A DNA stretch of 64,000 bases, taken from positions 58,342,001-58,406,000 of the forward strand of contig OZ024745.1 in NCBI GenBank assembly GCA_964016885.1, read 5' to 3'. The stretch comes from Eledone cirrhosa. Lineage: Eukaryota. Within the stretch, counting starts at the first letter, position 1; every line of letters starts with the position of its first letter. Positions 1 through 14,229 of the stretch are shown here, piece by piece. The notes beneath the pieces were generated by a model. The model saw only the letters and a list, made by a program, of their open reading frames with translations, was not told the DNA's origin and did no database searches. Made by a program: the position numbers and the translations under genes.

Positions 1-281
1 GCTGGTTTCCAACGGTGCATATGGCTTTGATTGTGCATCTGCACATCCACATGTGAAATTTTCGTTCAGGCAATTGCAACCAAAGATAACCAACGGCATT
101 AAAACGAGATCTCATCAGGTGCACGATTGGGTGATCCTAAGTCTTACTTATTTTTTTTTTTTTCTAATGCAGGAGGGGGAATAACGTTTGCTAATATGTG
201 TTGAAGATAACTATTTTAGCTCTCTACTTCGCATAGAGCGCTATGTTCTCTTTATCTGTTCTACAGAACCCTTTAACACTA

Positions 282-283
<2 letters not shown>

Positions 284-352
<69 letters not shown>
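284..352. repeat. (GT)n microsatellite, representative of dozens of (TA)n/(CA)n/(GA)n/(CATA)n tracts across the window
   Basis: Direct observation; others at 5520-5670, 6222-6484, 11941-12140, 42284-42466, 45315-45490, 55610-56480. Confidence 0.99.
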
Positions 353-353
<1 letters not shown>

Positions 354-1676
354 TCTACAGCTCGAAATTATTTCGACGCCTAAGCAATCATTCTTTCTGG
401 TTTTAAATTGTCTATTCTCATCAAACGAAACTGTAGTTCGGATACGCACTCTTATGTTCAATTTACACATAATATGTATATATCTAACTTTGCATAACTC
501 TATCAAAGAACTGTATTGAACACTTTTATAACTTTCTTCCTCACAATATCATATGCAATATGGAGTGGCTTCCACGGGGCGGTTCAGCATTGTCAACTAA
601 CGGAATCATTACAAATAAAAGTAACCAATGAATCGAATATGAAATATATTCCAGTTCTAACCAGGATTGTCTATTCATAAATACTCATTGAAAAAAGAAC
701 ACCGCCAAGAAGACAAATAGTCCCGGATTCAAACCCCGAATTTTCCCAAGAGAATACAGACTTAAATGCATTGGAAAATGTCCTAATTAGTTTAATAAAA
801 ATATAGAATTAAAACAGAAAGGATGACTGCTACAAATGGTAATTTCAAGATTATATATGTCCACAACAAAATCTATTCATATTTGCAAAAACAAAAGAAA
901 CGAGCTACACAGGGAAGCACAACAGGTAGAGACAAAGCGTTATATTCACAACAAACAGAATTGTTTCGTAACAAAAGTAATTTTCATTTACACAAAGGAA
1001 GAACAAGGCCAGGTTCAAAACGTCAAAATTGTATACTCATTAATTCTATATAGATTAATGCTGCATCATTTACTACGTGGTTTAATGGCAGTGAAAACAA
1101 ATATGAATGTAGATTTATTCAATTCGACATCATGAACTATTATTCCCTCTAAGCTCGGCTTTTCTTCTAAAAGCATCTAATAAGCGAGAAGATACACACA
1201 TATCACATACGATGACATTGAGGTCGTTAAGCATGGCATGAGATTGATGTCTTTTATTTAACTCAAGCTGGGATACGAAAGACGGAACTGGTGGTTTGGA
1301 TATCACTACAGGTAGTTTTGATGGATCTGAAATCTGATAATAGATTTGTTCCAGCTAAACAAATATGAGAGTTCTTTTAATGGTATTAACATGGACATGT
1401 AGAGAAAATGATTAGCAACAAGGTCGGATGTAAGGTTGCTGCCTTTATGAAAGAACTCATTATACAGCGTTTCAGTCTGAGGTGAAAGCAAAGCAAATCT
1501 TCGAATGATCAATTATGTGGACGTTTTACTAGTTTCAATCATGGGCAGCGTCTACACTGGGGCACCACCTTCCAGTGTTTTACTCTATGAATTATTTCTG
1601 TCTGGTACTTATTTAAGTAATCTCTAAACTTTTATCTATTTTTTAACCAGGCCACTGTGTTTGAACATACAATGCT

Positions 1677-1715
<39 letters not shown>

Positions 1716-4700
1716 GCAAAGTTTTTATGCCATAGCAATAAATTCAAGGAAGAAATCTTTTCATTACTTAGATGCAGATGTTGGCTCAATAGACATTTTC
1801 AATCAGTCGATAATTCTAATAGATTTTCTTTGCTTCTGCAGTAAAAGATCTTAAAAGAAAAATACAAAGTGGTTTAACTTTTTCACTGTCTTGAATTCAC
1901 ATCTGTTGCATTCACCATCATCTGCAAATTTGATGGTGTGCCATCACAGTTTCCTGGTTAGCTAGTGATCAGCAATAAAATTGAGTAAGATATCAATAGT
2001 AGTTACTATAAAAGCTTACACTTATTTACATAGGTATTTCATTACAAAGAGGAAAAGTGATAAATATGCAGTTTATCTAACTGAAAGGCATATACTATCT
2101 GACAAGCTTGATGCTCTTTATATTTGACAATAATAAATTAACCGGGAAAGTAGGCTAGTGATCATAGCAACATGTTTCAATGCCAGTGAAAAAATCTAAA
2201 TTATCTGTTTCCTTTAAGTAATAGGAAATTTATAGACGAAAATGAGAAAGAAAATTAACGAACAAACGTACAGACATACAGACATGTTCCGAAAACAGTT
2301 TTCATCTTAGATCTTAGTCTTAAATTTTATCGATACACTGTTTATGTAATAAAATGTCGATTTCAAAGAGTTATTGCTTTCCCACTCAATGTTGTTCGTT
2401 GACCTCTTACGTGTCTATGTGACGAGTTGGGGAGATATAGTTTAAAGCCATCAAAAGACTCAAGTTTTAAAATGACTGAGGTGGTAATATTTAGTTCTCT
2501 ATGCCAGTATCTACAAATAACTAACGATATGACTCGCCTGCTAGAAATAGTTACCAAACCTCCCTCATTTCGCACCTTAAAATACTGAACAAAAAGAACA
2601 CTTCAGGTCGTGCTGTCGCGATTAGGCTGTGTGGGAATAAAAAAGAAAGGGATGACCATCACTGAAATGCATTTAATTATGTTTTCATAATCAGAATTTA
2701 TTAGGAGCTAAACAACAACACCAGGAATATTAAGAGGAGATTGTTGTTGTTGTAGTTCATTCGAGGGAATGAAACATCTGACCTGGTGCGATCAGCTAAA
2801 GTTGTAGAGACTGATTGTTGTTGTTTTTGTTTCTTCTGATATTGTAGCTGTTGTTATCATTTAACCGCATTAAAGTACTGATCGAATAGATCTAAGATCA
2901 ATGTTGCTCCTGCCAAGCTCATCTTTCGGGGCTTTTCTTTTTCAGAGTATATCTAGGAGTATATTATCAATTATATCCTTCTAATCGATAGGGTTTGGTT
3001 TGAGGTGTCCTATTTAGGACATAGTAGCTCCATAGCTAGCAGTTGGTTTATATTGTTTTTATTTAACGCCTACTTAGCCTGATCTCCCAAAATGAGGTAT
3101 AATAAAAAACCTTTTATTTGTCATCATTCAATCTTATTTTCAAGGGAATTATCTAAAACTACATTAGATATGTTATAATGTTTTGTTAAAGTTTACTTTA
3201 GATTCGGTTGCTATATTTCGCAGGCCAAGTGATCAATTAGAAGTTTCTCGTTGACAACTAGCTTACATAGAAATGAGCAGAAAAATATCTTGCTGTGTCA
3301 TTAAAATGATGGAAAAATATTACAATAAGTATACTTCTGAAAACTGCGCAGAAGTTATTCGGTGAAAATAATTAAAGAAGAGAAGGGAAAATTATCTGCC
3401 AAGAAGTATTGGAGAATTATACTGTATATACACCGATTCATGTGGAGTTGCGGTGTGTTTTGCACTGTGTTATTGTGTTGATGGCTGTTGTTGTTTAGCA
3501 CCGTGTTAGCCTTGACCAAGCAAACATAAATAATCAAAGATGTTTCAGCTTTCGCCAGCTTTGTCTTTTCTTTATCCAGGATTATATTAGCCAATGCGAC
3601 CTTCCTATTTGTAATACAGTAGAATGTGATCTGAGATAGATTTAGCTATGAATGCATAAAGAATTTCCACCTTGACTTGAATCAACAAGCATTTGTGCAG
3701 AGAGCACAAGAGATGTGACGTGTGTTTACAAGGGAATGAACTCGGGCGCAATAAATACTACAAGATTGCGATGCAAAACCGCACAGCTATGTGTACAACC
3801 ACTTCAGTTCGGCAAAATGGAAATTAAATGTAAGTTTATGAAATAATTGATGTCAACTTGAAGTAGATTTAGTGTTGTTATCGAAGATTGTATAGAGGCA
3901 GAGAACAAAAATGTCTTCTGTTTCCCATATTATCGCAATATGAAATCCGTTAATGGAATTCAAATATGTAAACAAATAAAAATTCAACTAATTAGCTTTA
4001 TGTTGTTTTACATTGTTGTCGCTCAAAATGTTTTTATTTTGTTTTTGTTTTTATTATTTTTTGTATTGCTGATAATCTTATCTTTAGATGTAACTATAAT
4101 GTCATTTAGTGTGTATGGAAATGAATGAAGTTTTAACCTTTTTAGATATTCTAACTAAAGGTCAGCGGGCATTCAAACATTTTTCAGCATTTAAGTATAC
4201 AACATAAAATTATTTGTAATCTAAACTTAAAAGAATGAAATAATTGGAAAATACTGAGTTATTTTGTTAGATTTTTAGATTTTTAACGACTTCAAAATAA
4301 CAAGTGTTGTGGATTGTTTGCAGCCACGATTCATTAGGACGTTGAATTAGTACAGAAAATTTCACCTTTATATAGTACATGCTGATAAAAAAAAGTAGGT
4401 ACATATTTCGACTCTTTGCGTCCTGAGTTTTACTCCTGACGTGTCCTACTTGGATCGTAAACTTACTCTGTTCTCAATTTAACAGCACTACATGTCCTTT
4501 GACTTTAACGGAGTCCATTTTATTGCAAGAATTCGGTCCAGGTCTCCAGTATGAGAATACCTTCACCTTCAGGCCAGATACCGTGACCCAGAAATGTCTG
4601 TATGTGGTCTTTCAACTTGCTAGATATAACAGCAATATATCTCTCAAATCACCCCCAATCCATCTTAAGAAAAAAGAAAAAAATACTGAATTAGGTTGCC

Positions 4701-5517
4701 CAACATATAATGTTTAAATAGATGGGATGGTCATAAATAGGATGTCTCTGATCATAGGTTCGCTAGAGAAGCGCTTAACTGAGACTGAACAACAACAGCA
4801 AAAACAAAATATTCTTCGGTATACAAATTACTTGTGTTATATGTTTGTTATTAACATTTTTTGTATCATTATATCAACAAACATTTCACTAGGCAACTGA
4901 TCTTTGTGATATTTAGGCTAGAAATAGTTTTCCAGTTCTTAAAATTCCATTAGCCGCGGTAGCTTAATATATCATCAACTTATTTTTGTTGGTAATTATA
5001 GTCTATACCATACAGAAGCGTAGGGGAGTAAATTGCAAGAATTCATTTAGTCTTGCTATACAAGAGTTTGTTGTTAAAGCCTAAAATTAATTATGAAGTA
5101 TGTCTTGCAAACAAATTATGGGGATTTTCGCCTTTCTTAAGATCTTAACATATTTGTTGTTATCAAAATGTTTTCCCGTACAGCAGTAAATGGTTATATA
5201 GGTATTTTATAAAAGTTATCAGCATGTATAAACAATTGGTGAAACACTTCAAAATGAAAACGTCATTTTTGGACATCATAGGCGTATTATGTGTGTAACT
5301 ATGTATTATGTGTGTAACTATGCGTAAGATAAATAGGTAGATAGGTAGGTAGTTAGGTAGTTAGGGAGGTAGTTAGGTAGGTAGGTAGAGGGATAGATAT
5401 ATGAACAGTGAGTATGAGATAATTCAATACAGGTTATTTGTTGAGTAAAGTTTCATCGTGGTAATTACAATTTCCACTGTAAATGAATATATAAATAAAA
5501 TGTGTGTGCGTATATAA

Positions 5518-5673
<156 letters not shown>

Positions 5674-6221
5674 TAGTATCGCCGAATGAAAATACTTTGT
5701 GCTATATCTATCCAGCTATTTTGGCTTCGCATCTCTTCACTTTCCTCTATAGACGATAAATTGCGAATACATGATGATGCGTCCTCCGTCGGTTTCCTTG
5801 GTGAGCATTCACTTGTTCTATCTACTGAGCATCCGACTTGTTAATTTGACATATACGTGGATGAATACTCCATATGTAATGTTTGCCTAATTCACAATCC
5901 GAATCAGTGTTCCACAGTATGTAACAAGGCGGGACCTTTCAATTACAGAGACCTTTGAATCAACAGGGGTTATAATAAAAACACTTGCCGAAGATGCCAG
6001 GAAGCATCATTAAATCCGGGATCTCATGAACTTCTTTAACACTTAGCCACATTAGTATCCACATGTATATATAGAGAGAGAGTAAGAATGACGGCGTCAT
6101 TGTACTCACATAGCTTAAAGAGGCTGTTTGCAAACGAATCGAATATTATTCTTAATATTCGAAAAACTCAGACTTACATATATATATATGTAAATCTGAG
6201 TTTTTCGAACATTAAGAATAA

Positions 6222-6368
<147 letters not shown>

Positions 6369-6428
6369 ATAAATATATATATATATATATATATAGTAAT
6401 AAATATATATATATATATATATATAGTA

Positions 6429-6486
<58 letters not shown>

Positions 6487-6841
6487 TAAATTTCTTTAAG
6501 TCGTTTGGAAGCCTCGACAATGCAGATGGGTAAATCTCCGGGTAACAAGATCCGGTGGTGGAGATAGAGATGTAAGTGGGCGTACGTTGAGATGCGTGGC
6601 GTGTATAAGACTGTAGCGTGAAGAGGAATGAAGGAAAGAGCGTAAAGGATAAAAATAAAAATAAAAATAACAACTCGAGATAAAGTTACCTTGGGAGAGA
6701 TTTAATTGTCCCTATATATTTCGGATTCACATCCATCAACTGGGGGTTTTCCGGGGGGGGGGGAGGTTGTCTGTCGGAAAAGTGCGAAACGTGTCCTCCG
6801 CTGTTCGTTGTTTTGAATATCTGAGGTGAATACCTCAGATA

Positions 6842-6924
6842 TTGCTTGTTTCACGGTGAGGTAGCTAGCTAAGCAGATAGATAGAGTTGTTTATTTCACA
6901 GATGTTATTTCCGATGGCTGTACA
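6842..6924 (-). repeat. Partial 3' LTR (U3 start only), preceded by polypurine tract 6925-6937
   Basis: Near-identical to 11858-11940; the minus strand reads GGCAGGGGGATAA|TGTACAGCC. Confidence 0.85.
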
Positions 6925-7733
6925 TTATCCCCCTGCCAGATCTTTTGTACAACAAAAGAGCGAAACATCGTATAGTAATGAGCCAGTGGGGCATTTGTCA
7001 TGACAATAGCCCAAGGAGTGTCCAGCACGTTGTGAAATTTCGTGATCATCGAGTATAGGACAGAGTCGATGTAGAGATATGGCAAGATGTGTGTGTCAGG
7101 AAGAAAAAAAATAAACTATAAAATGACTGACCAGATTTATGTAGGCGTGATGAATGAGGCTGTTGCATTTGGGTTGAGCTGCCTGTGAATTGCGTGACAA
7201 AAAGTCTAACAGGGCAGTGAAAATAACCGTAATGGGGGAAATGAATTGCCGTAAGCATGTTGCTTAAAAGTAACAGTTTTCTCCAAAGCATGTGACTTGA
7301 GCGAATGCATGTGGTAAAATATAACGAGGCATTCTCGAGCTATTGAGTGAATGTGTACGTAAAAAAGAAGGCCAGTGTTTTGAGGATGCGATTTGTGAAA
7401 ATGCGTTATCAAAGAGAAAACATTTTGTAATATAAGAGTTAGAGGGACAAAATATCTATTGCTCAGTGTATGAACCAAAGGTGAAACAAATATGGTTGTG
7501 TAGTGTGCATGAAAAATAGAATATGTACACGCCTTGTATGTATATAAAAATTATGGTAATTACACAATTAACATTGCAGAACATGGAAAATAAAAAAATT
7601 TTGAAAATCAAGAGAGAGAAGAGAAAAAAAAATGCTATACACAATGCTATACACAATGTTTGTTCTTAAATAGTGTTTGTAATAGATAATAGATAATTAT
7701 GTTCTTAAATAGTGTTTGTAATAGATAATGTTC

Positions 7734-7848
7734 ATAATAAATAATTGTTTCTACTTTAGGCACAAGGCCAGCAATTACCCAGTACATTACTGGTACTTTA
7801 TTTTATCGACCCCGTAAGGATGAAAGGCAAAGTTAACCTCGACGGGAT
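7734..7848 (-). mobile_element. 5'-truncated tRNA-derived SINE inserted in the Gypsy 3' UTR
   Basis: Matches the window SINE family; TSD GATAATGTTC at 7724-7733 and 7846-7855. Confidence 0.85.
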
Positions 7849-7992
7849 AATGTTCTTCGTGACATGAGCACATGGTCACTAAAAATTGCAATTGTTCAAG
7901 CAGAAAGTTCATTGTATTTGAAACTGGAAATAGTAAACACAAGGAAAATGGGAATGTTTTGCAAGAAGAATGATTAAGTAACTCACTTTAGG

Positions 7993-10900
7993 TTAACGGT
8001 AATTCACATATTGTGTCAACTTGGCGGGCCAATGGACACGTCGTCCACTTCTCGTGACTGGAGATGAAACAGGTCGCTTGCTGGGACAGCAAAATGTTGG
8101 AGCTTCTGGTGTAGAGACTGTAACTGTATCGATGATGGCTTTTTTTAATCTGTCCACGCTGACAGAATTCTGTTTACCATCTTGATCGAGAATAAAATAT
8201 TTCGGATATTTTTTTAGAACACGGTAAGGGCCAGAATATGGAGGTCAAAGATGAGCTGGGATGGTGTCATTTCGAACGAAAACGTGTGTCCAATCATTAA
8301 TGTCTGAAGGTACATGTGTGGCCGTGTTCTGTTGACGGGTGCTTGCAGGAGCAAGGTGAGACATATATTGTCGAAGACGTTGTACATATGATCCTGAGTC
8401 TAGAACATCCTGAGGAGAGATGGGAGCAACCATCTGACCAGGTAAAACCAGGGTGCTGCCGTACACTAATTCTGCAGGTGTGTGTCCGAATTCCTCCTTA
8501 ACGGTGGATCGAATGCCCAGAAGGATGAGTGGCAGGTATTCAAACCAGTGGGTCTTGTCTGGATATGCTTTTATTGCAGCTTTCAATTGGCGATGGAATC
8601 TTTCCACGAGACCATTAGCTTGCGGGTGATAAGCTGTCGTGTGGATGTGTTTACATCCTAACCTGAAGAGGTGGGAGTCAAATTGGCGTCCTCTGCCTGT
8701 TGTTATCTTCGCTGGGGCGCCATAACGTGATACCCAGTGTAAAACCAAAGTTTTGGCGTCTGTTTCCGCTGAGGTATCATTTATGGGAAAAGCCTCAGGC
8801 CACCGAGAAAATCTATCTATGCAGGTGAGCAAGTGTGTGCAGTTCTGTGATGGTGGTAGAGGTCCGACGATGTCGATATGCACATGATGAAAACGTGCAT
8901 CAGGTTGCGCGAATGTGCCGAGTGGAGTTTTGATGTGTCTGTGGACTTTGGCTTTCTGGCAGGCAATGCAGCTCCTTGACCAGTCGCGCACGTCTTTGTT
9001 AATGTTAGTCCACACAAAACGAGTAGAGATGATTTTCTGTGTAGCCCGGATTCCCGGGTGAGACAAACAGTGTAAAGCAGAAAAAACTTGTCGACGATGC
9101 ATCTGTGGTACGTACGGTCGTTCATGACCGGTAGAAAGGTCGCACCAAATTTGTCCCGGAGAAGAAGGAATGGGAACTTGCTGAAACTTGAGGGATGGCG
9201 AATCTCGGAGCTTGATAAACTCTTCGTCAGTCTCTTGGTCAGCTGCGATCTGTTGAAGGTCGATGCCTGAATGTACATGTATTGCGTTCAGCTGGATTCG
9301 GGATAGGGCATCGGCTGCTACGTTGTCTGATCCCTTGATATGCCGAATATCAGTTGAATATTGGGAGACAAAAGCCAGGTGGCGGAGTTCTCTCGGTGAA
9401 TGTCGATCAGGTTTGGTACGGAACGCATAAACTAGTGGTTTATGGTCCGTGTAGATCACGAAATTCGATATTTCGACCATGTGACGAAAATGTTTAACTG
9501 AAAGGTAGGTTGCCAAGAGTTCGCGGCCAAACGTACTGTATTTGGTTTCTGCAGGTTGCAACCGCTTAGAAAAGAAGGATAAGGGTTGCCACACGCCGTC
9601 GACATATTGTTGTAAAACGCGGCTCCAACCCCCGTGTCTGATGCGTCCACTAGCAGCGAAAGAGGAGCGCTAGATCTGGGGGAAACGAGCATGGAAGCGT
9701 TTGCCAACATTTCCTTCAGGCGGTTGAAAGATGTTAGTTCTTCCTCGTTTAGAGTGATGTCTTCGTTTTTCCGAGTCCGGTTACGAAGAAGGTCCGTGAG
9801 AAATCTGGCTGCCTCGGCACAATGAGGGATGAAACGCCTATAGAAATTCACCAAACCGAGGAATTCACGCAGTTTCCGAAGTGATGTAGGTGCGGGAAAA
9901 TTACGGATAGCTTCTACTTTCTCAGGAAGTGAACGAATGCCGTCTTTATCAATGATGTACCCGAGAAAGGACAGTGAAGGAACGCCGAGACGGCATTTGC
10001 TTTGGGTTGATTATAATACCGTACTCGGCCAAACGTTGGAAAAGAAGATGTAAGTGCTTCTCGTGTTCTTGCTCGGAAGTACTTGCTACTAGCACGTCGT
10101 CGATATACGTGTTATACAAAGGGTAGATCACGAAACACGGTGTCAATAAACCGCTGAAAAGTTTGTGCAGCGTTGCGCAGACCGAACGGCATTCGCAGGA
10201 ATTCAAATAAACCGAACGGTGTCGTGATTGCGGTCTTCGGAACATCAGCAGGCTCCACAGGTAGTTGGTTATATGCTCGTACCAAATCTATCTTGGAAAA
10301 GATGCGTGCGCCTTGCAGAGAGGCAGAAAAGTCGTGCAAGTGAGGTACAGGGTAATTATCGGGTACTGTGGAATCGTTGAGTGCACGACAATCCCCACAT
10401 GGTCGCCAATCATTCTCTGTTTTCTTAGGAACAAGGTGTAGGGGTGCAGACCAGTTGCTGGAGGAAGGGCGAATGATTCCGAGGTCCAGCATGTGTTGAA
10501 ACTCCTCTTTGGCGATTCTCAATCGGTCTAGAAGCAGTCTCTTTGGTCGGGCAGCTGTGGGTGGTCCTCTTGTCTCGATATGATGTGTGACATTATGTTT
10601 AATAGGTCCATCCTTAAATACCGGGCGAGTGATGTCTGGGTATTTCTGGAGAATGCAGTTGTAACGCGAAGGCTCTGACTGACGAATTACAGGGCTCACT
10701 GTGGATTGCGTGGTAAATATACCTCTTACAGTGAGGTTTGTGGTGGTGTCAATAAGCCTCCGGTTCTTCATGTCCACCAGAAGGTTGAAGTGGTGGAGAA
10801 AATAGGCTCCTAAGATAGGGGTCGGCAGGTCTGCCACGACGAAAACCCATTGAAAACGACGCCTCGGGCCTAAATTGAGGGTCAGTGATTTCTCTCCGAA

Positions 10901-11137
10901 AGTCGGAATTGACGATCGGTTCACTGCCTGCAGAAAGGACGGTTTTGGATGCCTTTTGCCCGAGACTAGTGAAACAGGAATAACACTAACCTGGGCTCCT
11001 GTATCCACGAGGTAACGAATGCCTGTCGCTTGGTCATTGATAAAAAAACAGACAACTTTTCTTCTCAGTACCAGGGGTGAACGTCGTCGCTGGGCCCTGG
11101 TCTGCTCGTTTCCTGGGTGGTATTCTGGAAAAAGCAC
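7993..11137 (-). pseudogene. pol: Pol polyprotein with frameshifts (~10112, ~9995, ~9615) and an in-frame stop (8245)
   Basis: Consecutive ORFs carry protease, RT, RNase H and integrase. The frame continues past the TGA as PPYSGPYRVL...TRSGRRVHWPAKLTQYVNYR*. The second integrase Asp appears as Gly (TTGRGRQF). Confidence 0.93.
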
Positions 11138-11394
11138 GGGGCCCTACACTTAGATGCCTGTGCGCCTAATTCTGCGTGATACCAGCAAAGGTTGCCAGAC
11201 ACACGATTTTGACTGGGACTTCTGGATCTTCGACGTTGAAAGGGCCTGGATCGACTGTTGCTGCGTCGCCGGTGTGTTTGAAAGATCAGGTTCTCTAATT
11301 GATTTGAGAGGGCTTTAATTTGACCAGCCCGCTCTCTGATCATAGCCCGCAGCTCTGAAATCTCGGCCTCTGTCGTTGGTTGTGACATGTTCAT
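11065..11394 (-). pseudogene. gag: Gag C-terminal remnant (RS-rich segment + CHCC knuckle; capsid missing)
   Basis: RRRSRSPS...[18 protein letters not shown] motif; only 109 aa. Confidence 0.85.
11069..11114 (-). other. Probable -1 gag-pol frameshift signal
   Basis: Pol is in the -1 frame relative to gag. A-GGA-AAC heptamer followed by an ACCAGGG...CCCTGGT stem. Confidence 0.6.
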
Positions 11395-11420
11395 GTTGGT
11401 TTCTTGTTAGGCTGGTGTCT

Positions 11421-11452
11421 GGTTGCGTGTTCGAATCACGTCGGGGTCGCCA
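11421..11452 (-). other. Primer-binding site complementary to the tRNA-Trp 3' end
   Basis: Plus strand GGTTGCGTGTTCGAATCACGTCGGGGTCGCCA is close to the metazoan tRNA-Trp 3' 32 nt including CCA. Confidence 0.9.
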
Positions 11453-11454
11453 AT

Positions 11455-12091
<637 letters not shown>

Positions 12092-12107
12092 TATATATAT
12101 GTGTGTG

Positions 12108-12146
<39 letters not shown>

Positions 12147-12148
12147 TA

Positions 12149-12364
12149 CAGGGTGAGTCATAAGTAGCCGGAGAGTCAATGTATTTTTATTGCAAGTTTT
12201 ACAGATAACTGTTTGAACATCTACTTATTTGTGTGATCAGCCATGGTTATAGTTTTAACTACTTTTGTTTGTGTACTTATTTCGTAATGTATGACCAGAA
12301 TTTAAATAAATATATCATTTGGAATTTTAATGTTGGACTACCCGGTTACTTATGACTCACCCTC
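12149..12364. mobile_element. Tc1/mariner-type MITE
   Basis: ~23-bp TIRs (CAGGGTGAGTCATAAGTAGCCGG / CCGGTTACTTATGACTCACCCTC) flanked by TA. Confidence 0.85.
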
Positions 12365-12840
12365 TATAATAATTTTTATTACTTAAATGGGGGTTTCTTC
12401 ATATTTGGTACAGTCCATTGACTGAAGGTGGTAAAAGAGAGGTTTACTTGCACCTTTTAACTTCATGAAAAAAAGTAGAAAACTGTGTGGCCAGTTCAAT
12501 CTCCGTACAGTATTACCAAAAGCAATAGTCTCAGAGTTTTATAACACAAGTCTACTTTTTAAGTGTTTATACAAAATTGCTTTTCTTTGGCATTTGCATT
12601 ATGCAGATGAACGATTGTACCTACATTCTTGGATATAGAATAGCAAAATGTCAAAAACGAATTTATAAAGATTTTGAAATGCCGCGTGCGGGCCACACAG
12701 CCAGCATGAATCTCTGATAATGGTAACAATAGTACAATATACGATGTATTGGCGGATACACAAATGGATAGAAACACCTAAATGTTTACATAACTACACT
12801 TACACACATATCTATTTATTTATCTATATATCTATCTACT

Positions 12841-12934
<94 letters not shown>

Positions 12935-14229
12935 TACTAAGAGATAGGTGGATTTAATCCGAAGTACCTACAGATATCCACTTATTGTATCAGCCTACAT
13001 TTTATACAACCATTTGCTCACCTTCAATGAATATTTTTCTTAGCGATAACGCTTGTTTTAAGTTGCCGCTGTTGTTGTTGCTGTTGCTACTGTTCTTGTT
13101 ATTGTTGAGTTAAAGTTTGTTTATCACCACGTTTTCTTAAGCCTACTACGTGAATAACGAAAAGCAACATAACATTTAGATGTTTGTACAACATTAAATT
13201 CCAAGTTTCTAAGAAAACTGAAAATATAATATGAAAGCTTATTTTCATCAATTCATTATATATCGCTTATCAGACATCGTTTAAGATAATTACAGTTAGA
13301 AACACCTGACGTGAGCCTCGTGGGTGTTTTATCAACATAAACTGCTTAAACGTTCAAGATATCATAAAATGTAGGTTGGAAAGCAAAGAGATGGCATAAC
13401 TTTATAGTATAACCATTCATATGGAAGTAAAGTCTAGCAACCGCTTATGATAGGTTTGCACTAGATACATTTGTACTGTTCTGCTGATTGCTGATTTCTG
13501 TTTTAACTCCACATTAGTTTTACACTATATGACTGTTTTCACATACTATCAATTTCTTTTATAAGTGTATTTCTCTCTGTAATTTTCATTTCTACAGTTT
13601 GAAACGTACAAACAAATAAGATAAATGGTGCCAAGGTTTCGGGGAAAATTTGCAAAACAGCGTGTATCGTTGTTTATATTACCTCCACTTTCATTTTGTA
13701 GAGAAAATAAGTGGTTCATTTTAAAAATAAGTGGTTCATTTTACCTTGGATAGAACGTTTCTATCCGGTAACTTAATTTGCTAAATATAATAACCAAATA
13801 ATACCTTGCCGTCTCTACAAAAATGACACTTTTGGTAATACTGTCTTTTATAACCCATAAAAACTGGATGATCACGGTCGGAATTTCTGTAGCTATCGGT
13901 CTGCTGTATCGAAGTTGATCGGGGTGAAGCAACAACATATATATCAGATTATCTCAGGTAACAAGTCATTGTCATCTCGTATAGTCATTGTCTCATCGAT
14001 AGCTAGTAACTTAAAGTAAAATGGAATACATTTTCCAAGTCAGCTATAAGCAATTGATTAAACAATTAAAATTAGTTCAATACAATATAGCATTCTTTCC
14101 CAAATTTTCACATTGATGACACTTTTTAAAAAGAACATTTTTCATGACGCAATAGTTTAGTTTTGTTATTGTCACGAAATTAATGAATGAATAAACACTT
14201 AAATGTATTATATGTTATAAGTCTAGGGT

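Noticed and set aside
820-1560. Possible decayed retroelement coding sequence on the minus strand
   Set aside because: No diagnostic motif could be read with confidence.
3690-3835. Alternative 5' non-coding exon ending at a GTAAGT donor (3830)
   Set aside because: A single motif ~30 kb upstream; cannot be supported without transcripts.
11421-11452. tRNA-Trp gene
   Set aside because: Only the 3' 32 nt, including CCA, next to an LTR: a PBS, not a gene.
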